Positions 1 to 15,849 of a DNA stretch of 64,000 bases are shown in pieces. The DNA is from Microbotryum violaceum (Eukaryota), in NCBI GenBank assembly GCA_001244265.2, contig CDLV01000005.1:1550001-1614000 (forward strand), read 5' to 3'. The position numbers and the translations under genes were made by a program. Below the pieces are notes generated by a model. That model was not told where the DNA came from, searched no databases, and was given only the letters and a program-made list of their open reading frames with translations. Numbering within the stretch: the stretch's first letter is position 1; each line of letters begins with the position of its first letter.

Positions 1-3000
1 CCTGGCAGCTCACGGTCTTCTCCCGACGTCGTCATCTTCAATCCGGCATCACCGCATTCACCTTTCGCACGATCGAATATCTCGACACCTACTGGGGGTA
101 GATCCTTTTGGTATCTATGACATGTCCGAAGCGCTCATTCTCTTTTGGTCCTCTGAATTATCCTCGGATGATCTTTTTAACAAGGTGGGCTCTGGGACAG
201 GGACAGGCCGGAAACATTCACAGTTTCTTACAGAAAATATTGGAAGCTTCCCAGGGTCCAACCGTGCGTCAGTATCTTCAAGCCGCAATGGATGAATATC
301 GATTTATGCAACAGCTGCAGGCAACTTTGACCGCCGAATTTATCGGCCTCTCCCAGCGCGAGCGTCTGGCCGACGTTTGTCCGGCATGTTTTGGGCCTCG
401 GATCGATGAAGCCAGCAAGAGCGAGAATGACCTCGATGTCATCATTGCTGTCGACGGCAATTTTCAGCATCGACGATTCGCGCGGGCAACTGCTGATCCT
501 CTCAAGTCACGTCCAGCGTTATTCCTGTCACCAGACAAGATTCGAAACGAGCAAGCTTTGATCGACGGATCGACTGAAGCGGGCGAGCAGGTACCTTGGT
601 GCTGCTGGTGTCGGGTCACCCGAACCCAATAATGCGTTGACCCGACTGTCTGTGATTGCTAAACGGGCTATTCTATCATATAGGACGAATGCACAGCGAA
701 CTGGAAGGCCGAAGATGGTGGTGTGACCTCCGCTTTGTCAAATGTAGTAGCCGACACAGGCCTCGTTGCTGCAGTGTGCCGTCATGATCATTGCCTGCGA
801 CTTTGCAACCTTCATCAATCAGGTGAAAAGTATGTGTGGACCGGCCATCTGTGACTCCAGGCAAGGACACTAATAAGCGAGTTTGGTCTACCGCAGGTTA
901 GTATATCCCGTGTCGCTGTTGAAATGGATTCTCGAAGAAGTTGAAGTCGGAGAAACGGATTGTACTACGGGACCTGCGCGTACCAGTGACGCTACAAACG
1001 TCGGATCCAGCTCGGGATCGGGCTCCCACCAAAGTTCGAGTCAGGATCGAAGTCGCGTTGGAGTCGCGTATGATATCGCCTGCAACTTATCGTCGCACTT
1101 ACGCCGTGTGAGGTTGTTCGTGACACTCAGCCTGAGCATTGGCTTAGTCCGTAGCTGAACAGCTCATCTCTCCCCGGTATGCGCAGCGCAATCTTCTGGC
1201 AGACCACTTACCGCGTCTAGAATTTGCTCTCTCGTCGATGCATGCCTATGCGCACAAGTGGTCCTGCCAGGTTGACTTTGATCCGCGCTTTTTACCCAGT
1301 TTTGGTTTGACTGATGCCGAGGGAGCCGAGCGCTTGTGGTCGCAACTCGATCATCCAGTGCCTCCCATCGGCTGGAGAACATCAATCGTCGAGCGTCTGC
1401 TTATAACAAGCAGCATCTGGCCGAACTTGGTTCGCCTAAGCGTCCAGTCTTTCATGCACTACCTTACCATGTCGCTGATCTTTGGCGTATCGATCATGCC
1501 CAGTGACCAAACTTAAGTCTCGACTCAAAAACGCAATCAAGCTCAAGGCCGAAGCCGACAGAGTCATTGCTGAGGTCGTTAATTGCTCCGCCGAATGGAC
1601 GGTCGCTACCCTCCTTGAACAATGACATGCGCAACGTGCAGCGTCCAAGCAGATCCCTCTGAAAGAGCAGCGCAAAGAGGTAGCCGAGATGCGCAACGTC
1701 ATGTTCAAGCTTGAGCTGATTAACAGAGACATCGCAGCATGCCGGTGGGTCTGAGCTATCGTCGTCGTCTGGGAGTGAGACACGAACCGGTAACCTAACT
1801 TCGGTATTCATTTTTCGATTGCTACAGGGAAGACCTAGCCTGCGTGAACACCATAGATACGAACAAGCTTATAGAACAGTCGACTCAACTTCAACAGCTG
1901 GCCAAACAACGGCAGGTTCTTGATGATCGACTGAACTCCTTACGCACGTCGGACATAAACATCAGTGTCCTGGACCCTGGTACGTCACTCCCTTCTTCCA
2001 TTCTGACCCTCTGGTGTGATCCCTGTTGTCCTCGCTTAAATATTTCAATACCTTTGATTGGCACGGACTATGAATTTGCCTGCACATTGATTATCGCATC
2101 TCGCTCGCTGTGGGACTTGGTCGTACAATATCGACAGGGAGCTGAGAAGCTGCGGCTCCCGTGCCTAGGCGGTAAAGCCCTCGGTAGGAAATCCATGGTA
2201 CGAGTCTTCTGCGCCGGCAGAAGGAACGCTGATGTGTAGCAATGCCAGCTCATAGGTACGAAAGCGGCTGGTCTCCTGGTCAAGAATCTTAATTCTCTGC
2301 GTCCAAGACTCATGAAGGCAGTGGCGATGTATAACGACGAGGTGAAAAAGTATGCTGCCATCCTCGCCAATTCTGAGGATTCCCATTCGATCTTGAGAAT
2401 CCGAAGGGTACTGCCGTCAGCCCCAGAGGATCTCAACGAACTGCTCAAACTCGACATCTTGGCGCCGCTCTGGAACAACGGATTATATAGTCATCCCACT
2501 GAGCCGTGGGCCTACGATGATGATGTTTGTGTCGGCATTCCAGCAGTATTGTCTCGCGCAAGATGCCAGCAAGAAATCAAGCGACTTGGATGAGAAGTGC
2601 GTCGCATTGGACGGTAGCTGATAAGCCGTCGCAAGAGGTTTCAGCAAGTTTGCCAGCAATCACTCCAACGAGATGAGCAGGATGACTCTGCGATGATGAT
2701 GCTCGAGCAAGAAGAAGAGCGTCTTAGAAATATTGCGCGCCGATGGTTTTCGAAGGGCGGCCTAGATCACCTGTGGGAATGCACCCGGCAAACCGGCGAA
2801 CCGCAAGTGGAGGAGTGGGTCGAGCTTCGAATGTGGTGCACCGACGACGTTGATGTTTTTCAACGAACCACAGCGGGTGGCTTGCCGGATCACACATGGC
2901 CATACTGCATCAATGATGGGATGGTCGGAGAGTCAGACGACATCACCACGGATCATGACACCCTTCTTGACATCAGTGATCATTCGAGCGATGATCTGAG

Positions 3001-3097
3001 TCATCATTCCGTCGACACTACCGATTACGGCGCCTTCAGTGACGAGATCAACGAGAACTTTGATGAAGACGATGGCGATGTTTTTTGGGGGATTTGA
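1..3097 (+). mobile_element. Kyakuja-Dileera-Zisupton (KDZ) transposase gene, multi-exon, probably pseudogenised; 5' end outside window
   Basis: Motifs across exons: CPACFG, IIAVDGNFQHRRF, GLVAAVCRHD, VGVAYDIACNL, MHAYAHKWSCQ..F.PRF..SFGLTDAEGAERLWSQL, acidic C-terminal tail. GT-AG introns separate the blocks. In-frame stops near 2591 and 2615. Confidence 0.8.
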
Positions 3098-4368
3098 TAT
3101 TGATCATATATAGTTGCAGTCTTTTGCCCAGTTGCTACTTGCACTAGTAAAGAGATCAATGATGCGTTCATTTCGCTAGTAATTCTACCCGTTATACGAC
3201 GCTTCGCCAGGAAGTGCAACAAGAGCGATCAGACATCCAAGACCCGGCATCGCTAAATCGCTCGATCTTGCGGTGGCTCGCCTAATGTCGCTCGAGTAAA
3301 GCTGGCAGCCGGAGCCCAACACGACCGGTAAGATTTAGAGGAAGAGCGCGCTACACTGAGGGAGTGAACACAAGCGTCCATTGCATCTTTTTTGCACTGA
3401 CTGCACTGAGATCTCCTACATGTAGACCGCGCTCCCTGCCAGTCAGTCACATGCGCAGTCCGTGTCGTGCCTTGGGTGACACTTCCCAAACAGTCAGCAG
3501 GGATTGCAAAAGTACTTATTATATTCCAACACTGCCGACTACATTTTGATGTATACTTGAACGAAGTCCTGATCCAGCCCACAGTCCCAACGTCGTACAA
3601 AGGTCTTCTGTGGTGTTGCCACGGCCACTCCGAGGCTCACACTCGCCCAGCTCCGTAGAGTGTTTGCCTCGGCACTTGGTTGATGACTTTTCAAACGCAA
3701 GGACCAGAAGTTGATCACCCCTAACAGTCTTTTTCTGTATGATGTAATGAGTTATACATTGGTGGCACTTTAATGAGCTCTTTGCTAAGTTGCTTATAGC
3801 CAGCGTACTGCTTTGTCGCAATTCCTTCCTGCGTAGTTCACACGCTCACTGTAATCTCGATGCGAAGTACGTCATCACGGGCGCTTGCGTTTCAACAGTC
3901 GAACTGCAGCAAGTCATAGTCACCCATACCCAAAGTATTGTGCTGTATTTGACTGAACAAAGCCACGAGCGAGTCAGACTCACCTTGATACACCCCTTGC
4001 TCTGTCGTTGCTCTACGTTTTCTCATCGCATTAGGCGGCTTGAGAGTTCTGCACGCTGTTGTGGCCTAGGCCTCCTTCTAATATCGACCGACCGACTGCC
4101 CTGCCGTGGTTTTCGGCGATGGCAGGTCATATAGTCTTTTGTGACACCAATCAGGGTTCAAACTCAAGGTGGACAACACGTCGTGTTGGAGTCAGACTGA
4201 AAGTACCCAAACCGGGAGGGTGTTTTCAAAGTTCTTTTCGACGGGACATACCGTCTTGTCATCATTGTGATGGTCATCTTCTTGGTCTTCAGTTGGGTCT
4301 TATAGTTGCGACGATGGGTGAATTCAGGATGGGACATGAAAGGAGAGGTCGAGCTGTCGTCTGACCCC

Positions 4369-6726
<2,358 letters not shown>

Positions 6727-6737
6727 CCTGGGGGTAC

Positions 6738-7240
6738 TGTTACAAATGGAAGCTCGCCACTCCGAGTTCGGCCTCTCAGCACTCTCGTCATCCGCGTGAC
6801 CTCGGCCTTCCCGCGCCTCGGACCTCCTCTCCCCGCTTCGGCACCTGCACTGCTTTCTTCTCCTCCAACTACCCACTCACAACCCTCTCGCCCCCGACTC
6901 TTACGTGATCATCAACCAAGCTCTATTACGTGATCCTCAGCCTCAACACTATTACGTGATCCTCAGCCTCAACACTATTACGTGATCCTCGTGCCTCGCC
7001 TCCTCAAGCTCGTCACCTCGTCCCCAACTCCTCTGGTCTAGTTCCCCCTTTCCGTAGCTTACTTCTCTCTTTTCCCTCTGCAACTCGAATCTTGTCAAAG
7101 GTCACATCCTTGCACTCGTCCCTCGTCCTCGTCTCTCTTGAGAAGTCCCTAGAACCTCTCTCGACTTGTCCCTCGTCCCTCGCCCCTCGTCTCGAGCCCC
7201 TTCGTCCGGCTCGTTCCTCCTATCTTTGTCCTTCGTGATA
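6738..7240 (+). repeat. G1 3' LTR with a 26-bp tandem repeat in U3
   Basis: TGTTAC...GTGATA. Homologous to 52438-52915 and 60141-61252. The unit CTATTACGTGATCCTCAGCCTCAACA has one more copy here than in copy 2. Confidence 0.9.
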
Positions 7241-7699
7241 CAGCAAGGTAGCAAGAGCACCACCAAAAGAAGCTATCAATCAGCTTAGGCTGCATCAAAA
7301 CACCCCTTCAAACTCTCGGAAGTGATTAAGAGTATGGGATTGTTGCCTGATGAACATGATGCCTTGATAGTCAAGGCTGATATTACTCCTAGTCCGTCGC
7401 ACTTTGACTATCAGGCCTTTGACGCAGAAGCTAGGAGACTTTGGCAAGTCATTAGTGCTACCCGCGCTTTGATGAAGGCAACTAACTGCCCAGGCTTTGG
7501 CAAGAATTGACCACCCAGCCAACACTAATAGGCCACCACGCACAAGCCAAGGTAGTGCACGTGTCCTTGAAGTGGCCAGCATTGATCTTTTAGCACTTGA
7601 AACAGCCCCTATTGCTCTTGAGGAAGGCGCGTTCACAATCAGTCATTGGCAGTGGTCGGCTTTCGGATGACAAAGACGTGGGCATAGAGGTGGTGGCCT

Positions 7700-8930
7700 A
7701 GTAGTGTTGGTTGCGGTCGTTTGCTCTCAGCCCCCCAAGAGCATCCGTTGCGGCGAGGCAGCAGCTTTGACGTTTCCCAGGCATCAAGGCCACCACCCCC
7801 GCTCACTTCCCTGGACCAGCTGGCCCACGCGTTCCCAGACCTTCGGAACGACAACGGACAGCTGGTGTTCTGCGAAACAATCCAGATGGTCGACCCATCC
7901 TCCCCATGGGACGGGTTTGAGCCACCACAGACATCCATCGCAGAGTCGAAAGACGATGCGGCCAAACAACACAACCAACTTATCGCTTCGCTGGAGCCCG
8001 GGGATGTGGTTGCCTACAGTGATGGATCAATGAATGAAGGATGTACTGGGTCAGCAGCAGCACTTCGAGGCATTTGGCACGCTGACGAGCCGATCCTCCA
8101 TATCACCGAGGCACGCGCGCTCGGCACGCAGCAGACGGTCTACAGCACGGAGCTGGACGGCATTGCCCTCGTCATGCGGACGCTTTTCAACGCCCAAGCC
8201 TCAACTTTCCCCCGCAGGATCGTCATCTGCGTCGACAACCAGGCCGCTGTCCGCGTCGCAATCTCGACCCGACCCGGCCCAGGACAAGAATAACGCATCG
8301 AGATCGGGCGCCGGTACTTGCAGCCCAGGAAGAGGTTCGGACTCACAACATCGATCGAGCTCCGTTGGGTCCCAGGACACGTCGAGGTTGACGGCAACGA
8401 GCTTGTGGACGAAGCGGCGAAAGAGGCGACCAAAGCGGTCGGGGACGAGTCGATCAAAGAAGACCCGAAAGGATCCCAGCCTCGAGGACGGCACTGGGAC
8501 GGCAGCAGTTCAAAGCGCGTGTCAGCCAGATGCAGGCGAAGGAGTGGAAAAACAGCACGACAGGCGCGCAGCTTTGCAAGCTCGACAACTCACCACCCGG
8601 AGCCCTCGCCCTCGCCCACGACTTCTTCCGTCGGCGGCTCCATCCAACCGGCCGATGTGCGTGCAGCGCGGCTGAAACGTTGGAGCACGTTGGCCTGTCG
8701 TGCCAGCAATACCGAGATCAGCGACGCGTCCTGCGCAGGGAGATGAAGAAGGAAAATCTACCGTTGGACGACATTCAGCTATACGTGTGGAACGCAGTGG
8801 CATCCCGGCTCCTCGTCACCTTCTTTTCCTCGACAGGCGTGTTTTTGTTCAGATATTTCTAGCGGACTACATGTGCTTTAGCGCGATACAGTCTTGAAAT
8901 GAAGATTTCTCTCTCTCTCCCTCTCTCTCG
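7700..8930 (+). mobile_element. Degenerate non-LTR (Tad1-like LINE) 3' fragment: RNase H + Cys/His finger
   Basis: AYSDGS..GSAA, VYSTELDGI, CVDNQAA, LRWVPGHVEVDGNELVDEAAKEA, CAC..ETLEH...C. Stop at 8291, a frameshift, and a (CT)n-like tail about 8908-8929. Confidence 0.8.
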
Positions 8931-9202
8931 CACGTGAGGTCTTTCCGGGTGGTGAGCTTCTCGAGTCGCGTCGCCAGGTCGTCGGGCGCACTGATGCTTG
9001 GCCTTGGGCCTTCATCTGCTGCAACAGACGTCAGGAGAGGGCGAAGCGTCAATGTCGAGGTGATGTAGGCCTTGGGGCTGAGTTGCGTCCCGAGAGGCTG
9101 AGGCGCCCCTGTTGAGTTGAGAGTTGACGCATCAGGAAGAAGGTAGCAAACGCAGTGCCTTTTTGGTGTATACAGATAGTGAATTAATGATGCCCAGGTC
9201 TC

Positions 9203-10873
9203 TCAACCATCAAAGCAGGCAAGGCAAAGCACTTCATTCTGTCCTCCCTCCGGCACCATGTATGATCCTGTCAAGGGTGTGTCACACATCTGAAAGTAGA
9301 CTGAATCAGTAAAATACTCCTGATTGATTCACAAGAGAGAGGTAGAGAAGAGAGGAAAATTGCAAAACTCACTTTACAGCAGAAGCATTCTTCGTGCCAC
9401 TTCTGATCCCCAATCTCAATCCATCCATTTGCAATGCCCGAGTGCCCGCACTTTGCACTCGCGCACTTTGGTTTCCATAGTCGCAGATCACAGTTCTCAC
9501 AGTACACAAAGCCTTCATGAATGGTGTAAGGGTCTGGAGTAGCCTCGTCTTTATCCGGCAAGAGCAGCTTGGGTTCAATGAAGGGGTCGCCGCATGAGCT
9601 GCAGAAGAGGTGCAAAGCATGGTAGGTTCGTCGGGTCGGTGGCAGAAGTCGCGGGTCGTCGATTGTAATGACTTGATCAATTGTGATGGGTGTCTTGCAA
9701 TGATAGCAGATATCGGCAAAGAGCTGCAGAGCGTAATCCGAGTTTCCATACAATTCATCAGCATGGACAGATGCTGCAGGCAAGAATTGAGCCAATCAAA
9801 GACCGACCCACCTCTTCAAAGTGGAGAATGCAATAAACCCGGTCATCCTTTCCATCGAATTCGACGTGCTCCAGTCGTTGCCCGCAACCTTCGAGCGAGC
9901 ACACGAAGCATTCAGGGTGCCATTGCTTCCCCATCGCCAACAACTTACGACCTAGTATCGTCGCATCGCAGCCGTGGCAGGTGACGTTGTCGTTGTCAAA
10001 TAGTGCCGGAGCAGAAGAACTCGGGTGATAAAGGTAGTGCGAAGGATGGCTCGGATCGAATCGAGGGTGGAGTGGCGGTAGCGGGGATGTCAAAGTTTTG
10101 GAATCAACGGTCGTGGCTAGGTTGACTGCGGACCGTAGCTCGGGCCGTGCGTCTTCCAATATCATAGTGAAGGTCGGAACTCCGCGGGTGTCGTCCGCTT
10201 GGCTTGGTGAAGCTTCGTCTACTGGGAACGCGGTCAACAGCGCAGCAGATGGTGTCGAGACACATTCGTTGCCTTCCACGAAGACAGCGGGCAAGACGGA
10301 TGATGTTGATGACGGTGCGGGGCGATTTGAGTCCGAAAGAGAGAAGACAGATGGAGCAAGTGGTACGGGGGGGTTGGGCTTTGGAGTCGGAAGTGGACGG
10401 CCCGAGCGAGGGCCTGCTGCGTTCGGGCATCCTCGGCATTAGCACCTGTAATATTTGGAAGGCAGCATTGGCAAAACGGTAAGACGTTGTGTTGCAAGGT
10501 ACTTACCATCAGGAAGAGGTGCGGCCGGGCTAGTCGGCATGTGGTGAGTCGGTGTCGAGACGGACGCGGCCCCACCGTGCACCGTCGCGGGAATGGGAGA
10601 GTTCTCAGGGTGCGAAAGTACGATGCCATGACGTTGAGCCCACTCAAGAGCCTCCTCCCTTGCACGCCACTGGTAGAGGTCGCCTTCGATCACCGGCGCG
10701 AGGACGCCTTGCTGTGCAAAGTGCCAATAGTGGGCAACGAGCTGAGCATGGTGCATCGCAGTCGCATCGGTGTTCGAGACGAACGGTCGACCCGATTGCG
10801 GAGTCGTCTCGATGGATGACGGGGCAGCTGGGTGTCTATAGTCGTTTCCCAAAGGCAAGCTCGGCGTATGCAT
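9203..10873 (-). CDS. LIM-domain (paxillin-like) protein, multi-exon
   Basis: Pro-rich N-terminus followed by three LIM zinc-finger units (CHGC..WHPECFVC, CYHC..YHALHLFCSSC, CASAKC..WHEECFCCK|MC..LCLAC). Confidence 0.85.
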
Positions 10874-11441
10874 GAGCACCACAGGCTACGCCACCGGTAG
10901 TGCGTCCGAACCAAGGGTTGTCGCACCGTTCAGTGAGAACCGATCACCGGTCGCGAAGCTGGACTAGTCGTGCGAACGCGTCGCGACGTGTCCAGTCGTA
11001 GCAGCTTGGCACCGGGCACGGGCGAAGGCGAAGGCGGAAGTGTAGTACACTGTACTGTTTCGAAAGTTTCAGGGCGTGACTCGATTCATTGACGGGGTGT
11101 AACGGGTGCAGTCAGTATGAGGCAGAAAAAGTCGAGATGGTGAAAGCCGCCTGCGAGCCAGTTTCGACGGGCTTTGACGCGGCTATAGTACACGCGTTAT
11201 TCCTGCTTAGTACGCGGCCCAGTCCTGCTTAGTACGCGGTTTAGTCGCGGCTTTCGACAGAGAGCCCAAGGAAGCGCCGTCAGCTTTCGACTGCTTTCGA
11301 TCGGCTTCCCTTCCCCTTCCCCACCAGCCGTGAGAGTCTCCCACTTTCTTGCACTCAGCCGGAGAACGTAGAATAGGCTCCTACACGCCTCAACCAGCTA
11401 CGCTTTCTCATTTCCCACCTCTCTCGAGCCTCGATCTGGCC

Positions 11442-13434
11442 ATGTCGCGTCTCAACTACAACAAATGGGACGCTCTCGAGGTCAGTTCTCCCGTTGCTCG
11501 TCTTTGCCGCCGTGCCGCAGCTCACCGACCGCTGTCGCTCGACCTCGCAACCAGCTCTCGGATGACTCGGACATTGAGGTACACCCCAACGTTGACAAAA
11601 AGTCCATGATCAGGTACGTGATCCGCTCCGGATTCTGCCTGCCGCTTCCGCAGAGTGCTCGCGCACCGTCGAGACCGAGGAGGCTCACCCCACTTGCGTG
11701 CTGCCCCGTCATCTTTCGCGGCTTCGCTCCTGAACTTTTACAGATGGAAACAACGCGATATCCACGAAAAACGAGAACTACGCAAACTCAAGCTTCAGCA
11801 CCTTGACCTGGAGAACGAAATGAACATCGCTCTGCTCGAGCGCATGCGCGCGCTCTCGACCGCGACCCACGACGAAGGCGCACCGTTCATCTCACGCGAG
11901 ATTGCTCGGCTACGCGTGGCCGTACCTGATTTCGATGGCAAGCAATTCAAGGACGGCGAGCAACCCAGCCAGGACCACATGATCCTCGCCCTGCTCACTC
12001 AGGTAGTCAACGCCGTGGAGAAGGACGGCAGCGGCGAACAGGGGCGCAACGATCGACTGGTCGCCGAGTTGGAACGCCATCAGGAGCGACTGGTGCAACG
12101 CCAAGCCGAGATCGTCGAGGAACGAAAGACAGAGATCGCTGAACAGCAAAAACACATCACGAGCGAAGACATTCACGTTGGGTTCGAGTCAAAGACCGTC
12201 AGTTCGACGCATCTTCTTGCCGAAGGAGTCTTCCCTCAAGGTATGGCCCAGTCGAGCGCTGACTTTCGAGGGTTTCCCCAACTTGTAGATGATCTCCAAT
12301 AAACCCTCAGCGCAGCCCGACCCAGCTACTTCATCAACTTCAGCAGTTGGCGCAAAGTCGAAAGCGAAGAAGGCCGAGACTCAGATCGAGACCATCAACT
12401 CCCCTTCGGTCCTCGCAGCAGAAGCGGTTCGTCCACCCTTCTTCCTGAGCTGGTCTGCACCATACCTGACTCGATATTTATTGCGTTTCTCCTTGTTCCC
12501 CGTCCGTCGTACAGGAGGCGGCAGCGATCGGCAGTGACTCCTCAGACGACGAAGATGTTCCTGATCTCACGGACTCAGCATTGCGCTTCTCCAAGCTCAA
12601 ACCTCTTGACTTCGCATCTTGCTTCGCCGCCATTTCGGACGATCCATCACTTTTGGCAGAAGAGACGACGGATGCATTGCTTGTAGAGGCATTCTCGGTG
12701 GCGATGAAAGGGGGCAACAAGAGGGCTCGCGAGTGCGTTGAGAAGGCGCTGATGATCCAATACTGCCTCAAACTTGGGAAAGATGGAGTCGCACTCTACT
12801 TCAAGAGGTACGCTTGGGCTTGCTCAGATACAACGGTATGCTTGTGCACTGATATCATGACCGCGCGGCCACAGGATGACATCGAGCGATCCTAAGGCCT
12901 TGCAAATGTTCCTTGAAGACGTTAACGGCACTGCCAAACGGATCATCGAACGAGCGCACGTCGTCGCCGCCGAGAAGGAGGCAGATCGAGCTAGGAATCC
13001 TGACGGGAAAGAACAGATTCAACTTGTCGCCTCCGATCCGTCAACGGTCATCACCTTCGAAGTGCCTGATGGCCCGCCTCCAGAGACTCTCGAAATCACC
13101 GGGGAGGGCGCCGATGAGCTCGATCCTGAGCTCGTGCGCGAATTCCTCCAGCGTCGATGGGATTATTTCAGCTCGTTTTCGCCAGGCCTGCAAAAGGCTC
13201 TTCAGGCGAAAAGCCTCGAGAAGGTGAACAAGGTCTTGGGCAAGATGAGCGTGGAGGACGCCGAAGATGTTGTCAAAAAGCTCCAAGAGGCCGGGATTCT
13301 TTCGGTGAGTTGTACACCTTTCAGGTACTAATGCTTTTGGATCTTCAAAGCGCTGACATTATAGCTACGTGTCACAGTTTGAGACAACAGAGATTCTGGA
13401 TCAGACCGGGACAAGCGAGCCGACAGGAGGGTGA
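11442..13434 (+). CDS. CDC37: Hsp90 kinase co-chaperone Cdc37, multi-exon
   Basis: MSRLNYNKWDALE|LSDDSDIEVHPNVDKKSMIR|WKQRDIHEKR signature; C-terminal LEKVNKVLGKMSVEDAE. Confidence 0.95.
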
Positions 13435-13643
13435 CAGCAACAACCCATAGATACTAGTATGCCTGATGTGGATTAATAGACATGGGCTGTCAAGAGTAGC
13501 AGTTCGTGCAATCAGATTCAAGCTCTACCAAGCTTTTTCATTCACATACCAAAGCGCTGGGCTGAAGTGAATTTGCGAAATAAATGACATTTCAAAGAAA
13601 GGTACAGATGCTTTTCCACACTTGAAAGCTCTCGGTCGGGGTC

Positions 13644-15480
13644 TCACAACTTGCTATCGCCTCCCGTCTGTCCAGCACGCTCAATGGTTTCGACAGCAAG
13701 CATACCAACAAGCGGGAACATTGTCGAGTACGATTTTGCTTTGGCACTCGAGGCTTGACCTTTGGCGGCTCGCGCAGCGATTCCTTGAGTAATGACGGCG
13801 AGCTGAGGGAACGCGGTTGAGCGTAGGTTGGCATCAGCGTCGCAAGTTCGTGTCCAGACATGAGATGTATCTGATTATGCTCACCCGGAAGAAAGCAAAA
13901 GATACCGCGGCAGTCCATCGTTGAAGCGGGTACGGCTGGCCCATCTCCTTGCAATACGCCTTGAGAAGTTGTTCAGCCGAAGGGATGGGGAGATCGGCTT
14001 CGGAAATATCCCGAAGGGCCGACAAAGCGGATGGTCGGGGAGCACCTTCCTGCTCAGGGACGTAGAACGGCTGAAGCAAGTTGGCAAGATCAGAGTACGG
14101 GTGTCCGAGGGTCGATAGCTCCCAGTCAAGCACGCCGATAACTTCGGGTTTGGTGGGATGGAAGATCTGCAAAGCGCTCAGGTAGGTTTAGATTCCGCTC
14201 GTCTAGTTTCACTTTGCTTCGGTTCTTTCAAACTGACCATGTTGTCACATTTGAAGTCGCCATGAATGACCCCGCCCTCCAGTCCGCGACCCTCAGGAGC
14301 ATTTTTAGAGTACCAGTCGACGAGGAAATCAAAGCCCGGAATCTCGCCCACTTCGTTTCCCGTGACATCGTCTTTCACAAGCGCCTGCGCCCTTGAGACA
14401 CGACTGAGGGATCTGCGAAGTGAGAGACGCGCCAAGAATGGGGTCAGGAAAGCAGTGTCATTTGTACGCGAACCACGCTAGCCTAGGAACTCGCGTACTT
14501 GATCTGGCGAGGATAGAACGGCGCCTTTGACCCAAAATCGCCCAGACCAATTTTGTCTGAGTTGAGTTTATGTAAAGATGCAAGCGTTTTGATGATGCTC
14601 ATCCAGCACTTGGTTCGTTCTTCCTTGGTCTCGATCTCGGGCATTCGCACGTCGGTGAAAATTCGGCCCTGCGGGGAGGCATCGTGGTATGAGGTTGTTG
14701 AGCCGCCACCAGTACATACGAGCCAAAGGCAGTGAAACCTACCTTGATGTACTCCATGACATAGAACGGTGTGCCAAGGATACTTGCGTCGAGACACAGC
14801 GCGTAGACCTTGGGCACGGGGACCGTCCCATCCTCGCCGATCGCTTTGATGATCTTGTACTCCCGCTCGATGGCATGCGCTGTTTGGGATACAAGCTTTC
14901 CAGGCGGCTTCTTGCGGAGAACGTACTGCTGCGGTGGGTCTGATGCCGAGTTGATGAGGTAGGTCGGGTTCCTATTCGCAGAAAGGGGGGTGAGGCATGT
15001 GGGGTGGGCAGGGTCGGCCAGATCGCGATGCAGATCCGTATAGCGGTTCGAATGAGTGGTGTGTTTGGAGGAGAGCCCAGAGCGGAGGCGAACCCATGCA
15101 CTAAACTCACGACTGTCCGAATGAGAACTGGTGGATGCTCCCTAACTTAAATCCTGGCATGTTCGCGACCAAGTAGCGTTCGACGGCTTCTTGGTCGAGC
15201 TCCGTCCTGCGGTCGAAAAGGAGTGCACAAAAGCAGCCGTTTAGCACACCTCACCTGATTGCCAAATCAAACTATTCGTCGTCTCTTCCACACCGTACAG
15301 CCATGTGAACCCACTGCTCAGCAGGCCAAAGCTCAAGCCTGGTAACGGGCGCCTCAACTGCCCTGGCCCACCAACGTAAGGCGACCTCCGGATGGACGAC
15401 AGGACATCGGGTGGCACAAGCGCTCACCTAATGGCACCATACTCGACACCTTGAGTTTCCACCGACTTGGATGCGGTCAT
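13644..15480 (-). CDS. APH/phosphotransferase family kinase (ACAD10/11 N-terminal-like) with C-terminal PTS1 SKL
   Basis: [64 protein letters not shown]; ends ...GDSKL*. Confidence 0.9.
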
Positions 15481-15849
15481 AATAGCGGTGGGTGGGGGGA
15501 GGTGATTTCGCTAAAGTGGAGGGAAGCTGCAGAGCGAAAGATGCGGTGAGGAGCCGAAAGGCTCAGAGCCGTTCGGGTTCTTGAACTCGCCGAGCGCCGG
15601 ACTAGCCGGAGCAGTGCCCAGGCCGGTTATGGCCCCGGCCAGGCTTCTCGTTGAGGCTTTCGGCAGATGGTCAGTCGGCAGCGGTGAGGGAGCATGCCAA
15701 GAACGTATTATTTCTTTTTCATTTGGAGCGAACATACCGATTACAGACTACAGCATGCCTATAACTCGAGCCCATGCGTCCAACAACATTGGAACCAATT
15801 GCCAAGGGCGGTAAATGGAAAATGCAAATTACAGGACCGCGATTCACGC

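Noticed and set aside
3100..4368. Short ORFs and possible KDZ terminal repeat
   Set aside because: No recognisable protein motif, and the partner terminus is outside the window.
6738..7240. G1 LTR 26-bp tandem repeat as another intron unit
   Set aside because: It lies in U3 upstream of the predicted TSS, is too short, and lacks convincing donor/acceptor boundaries.
7241..7700. Short ORF-like sequence between the LTR and the LINE
   Set aside because: Cannot be assigned; probably TE debris.
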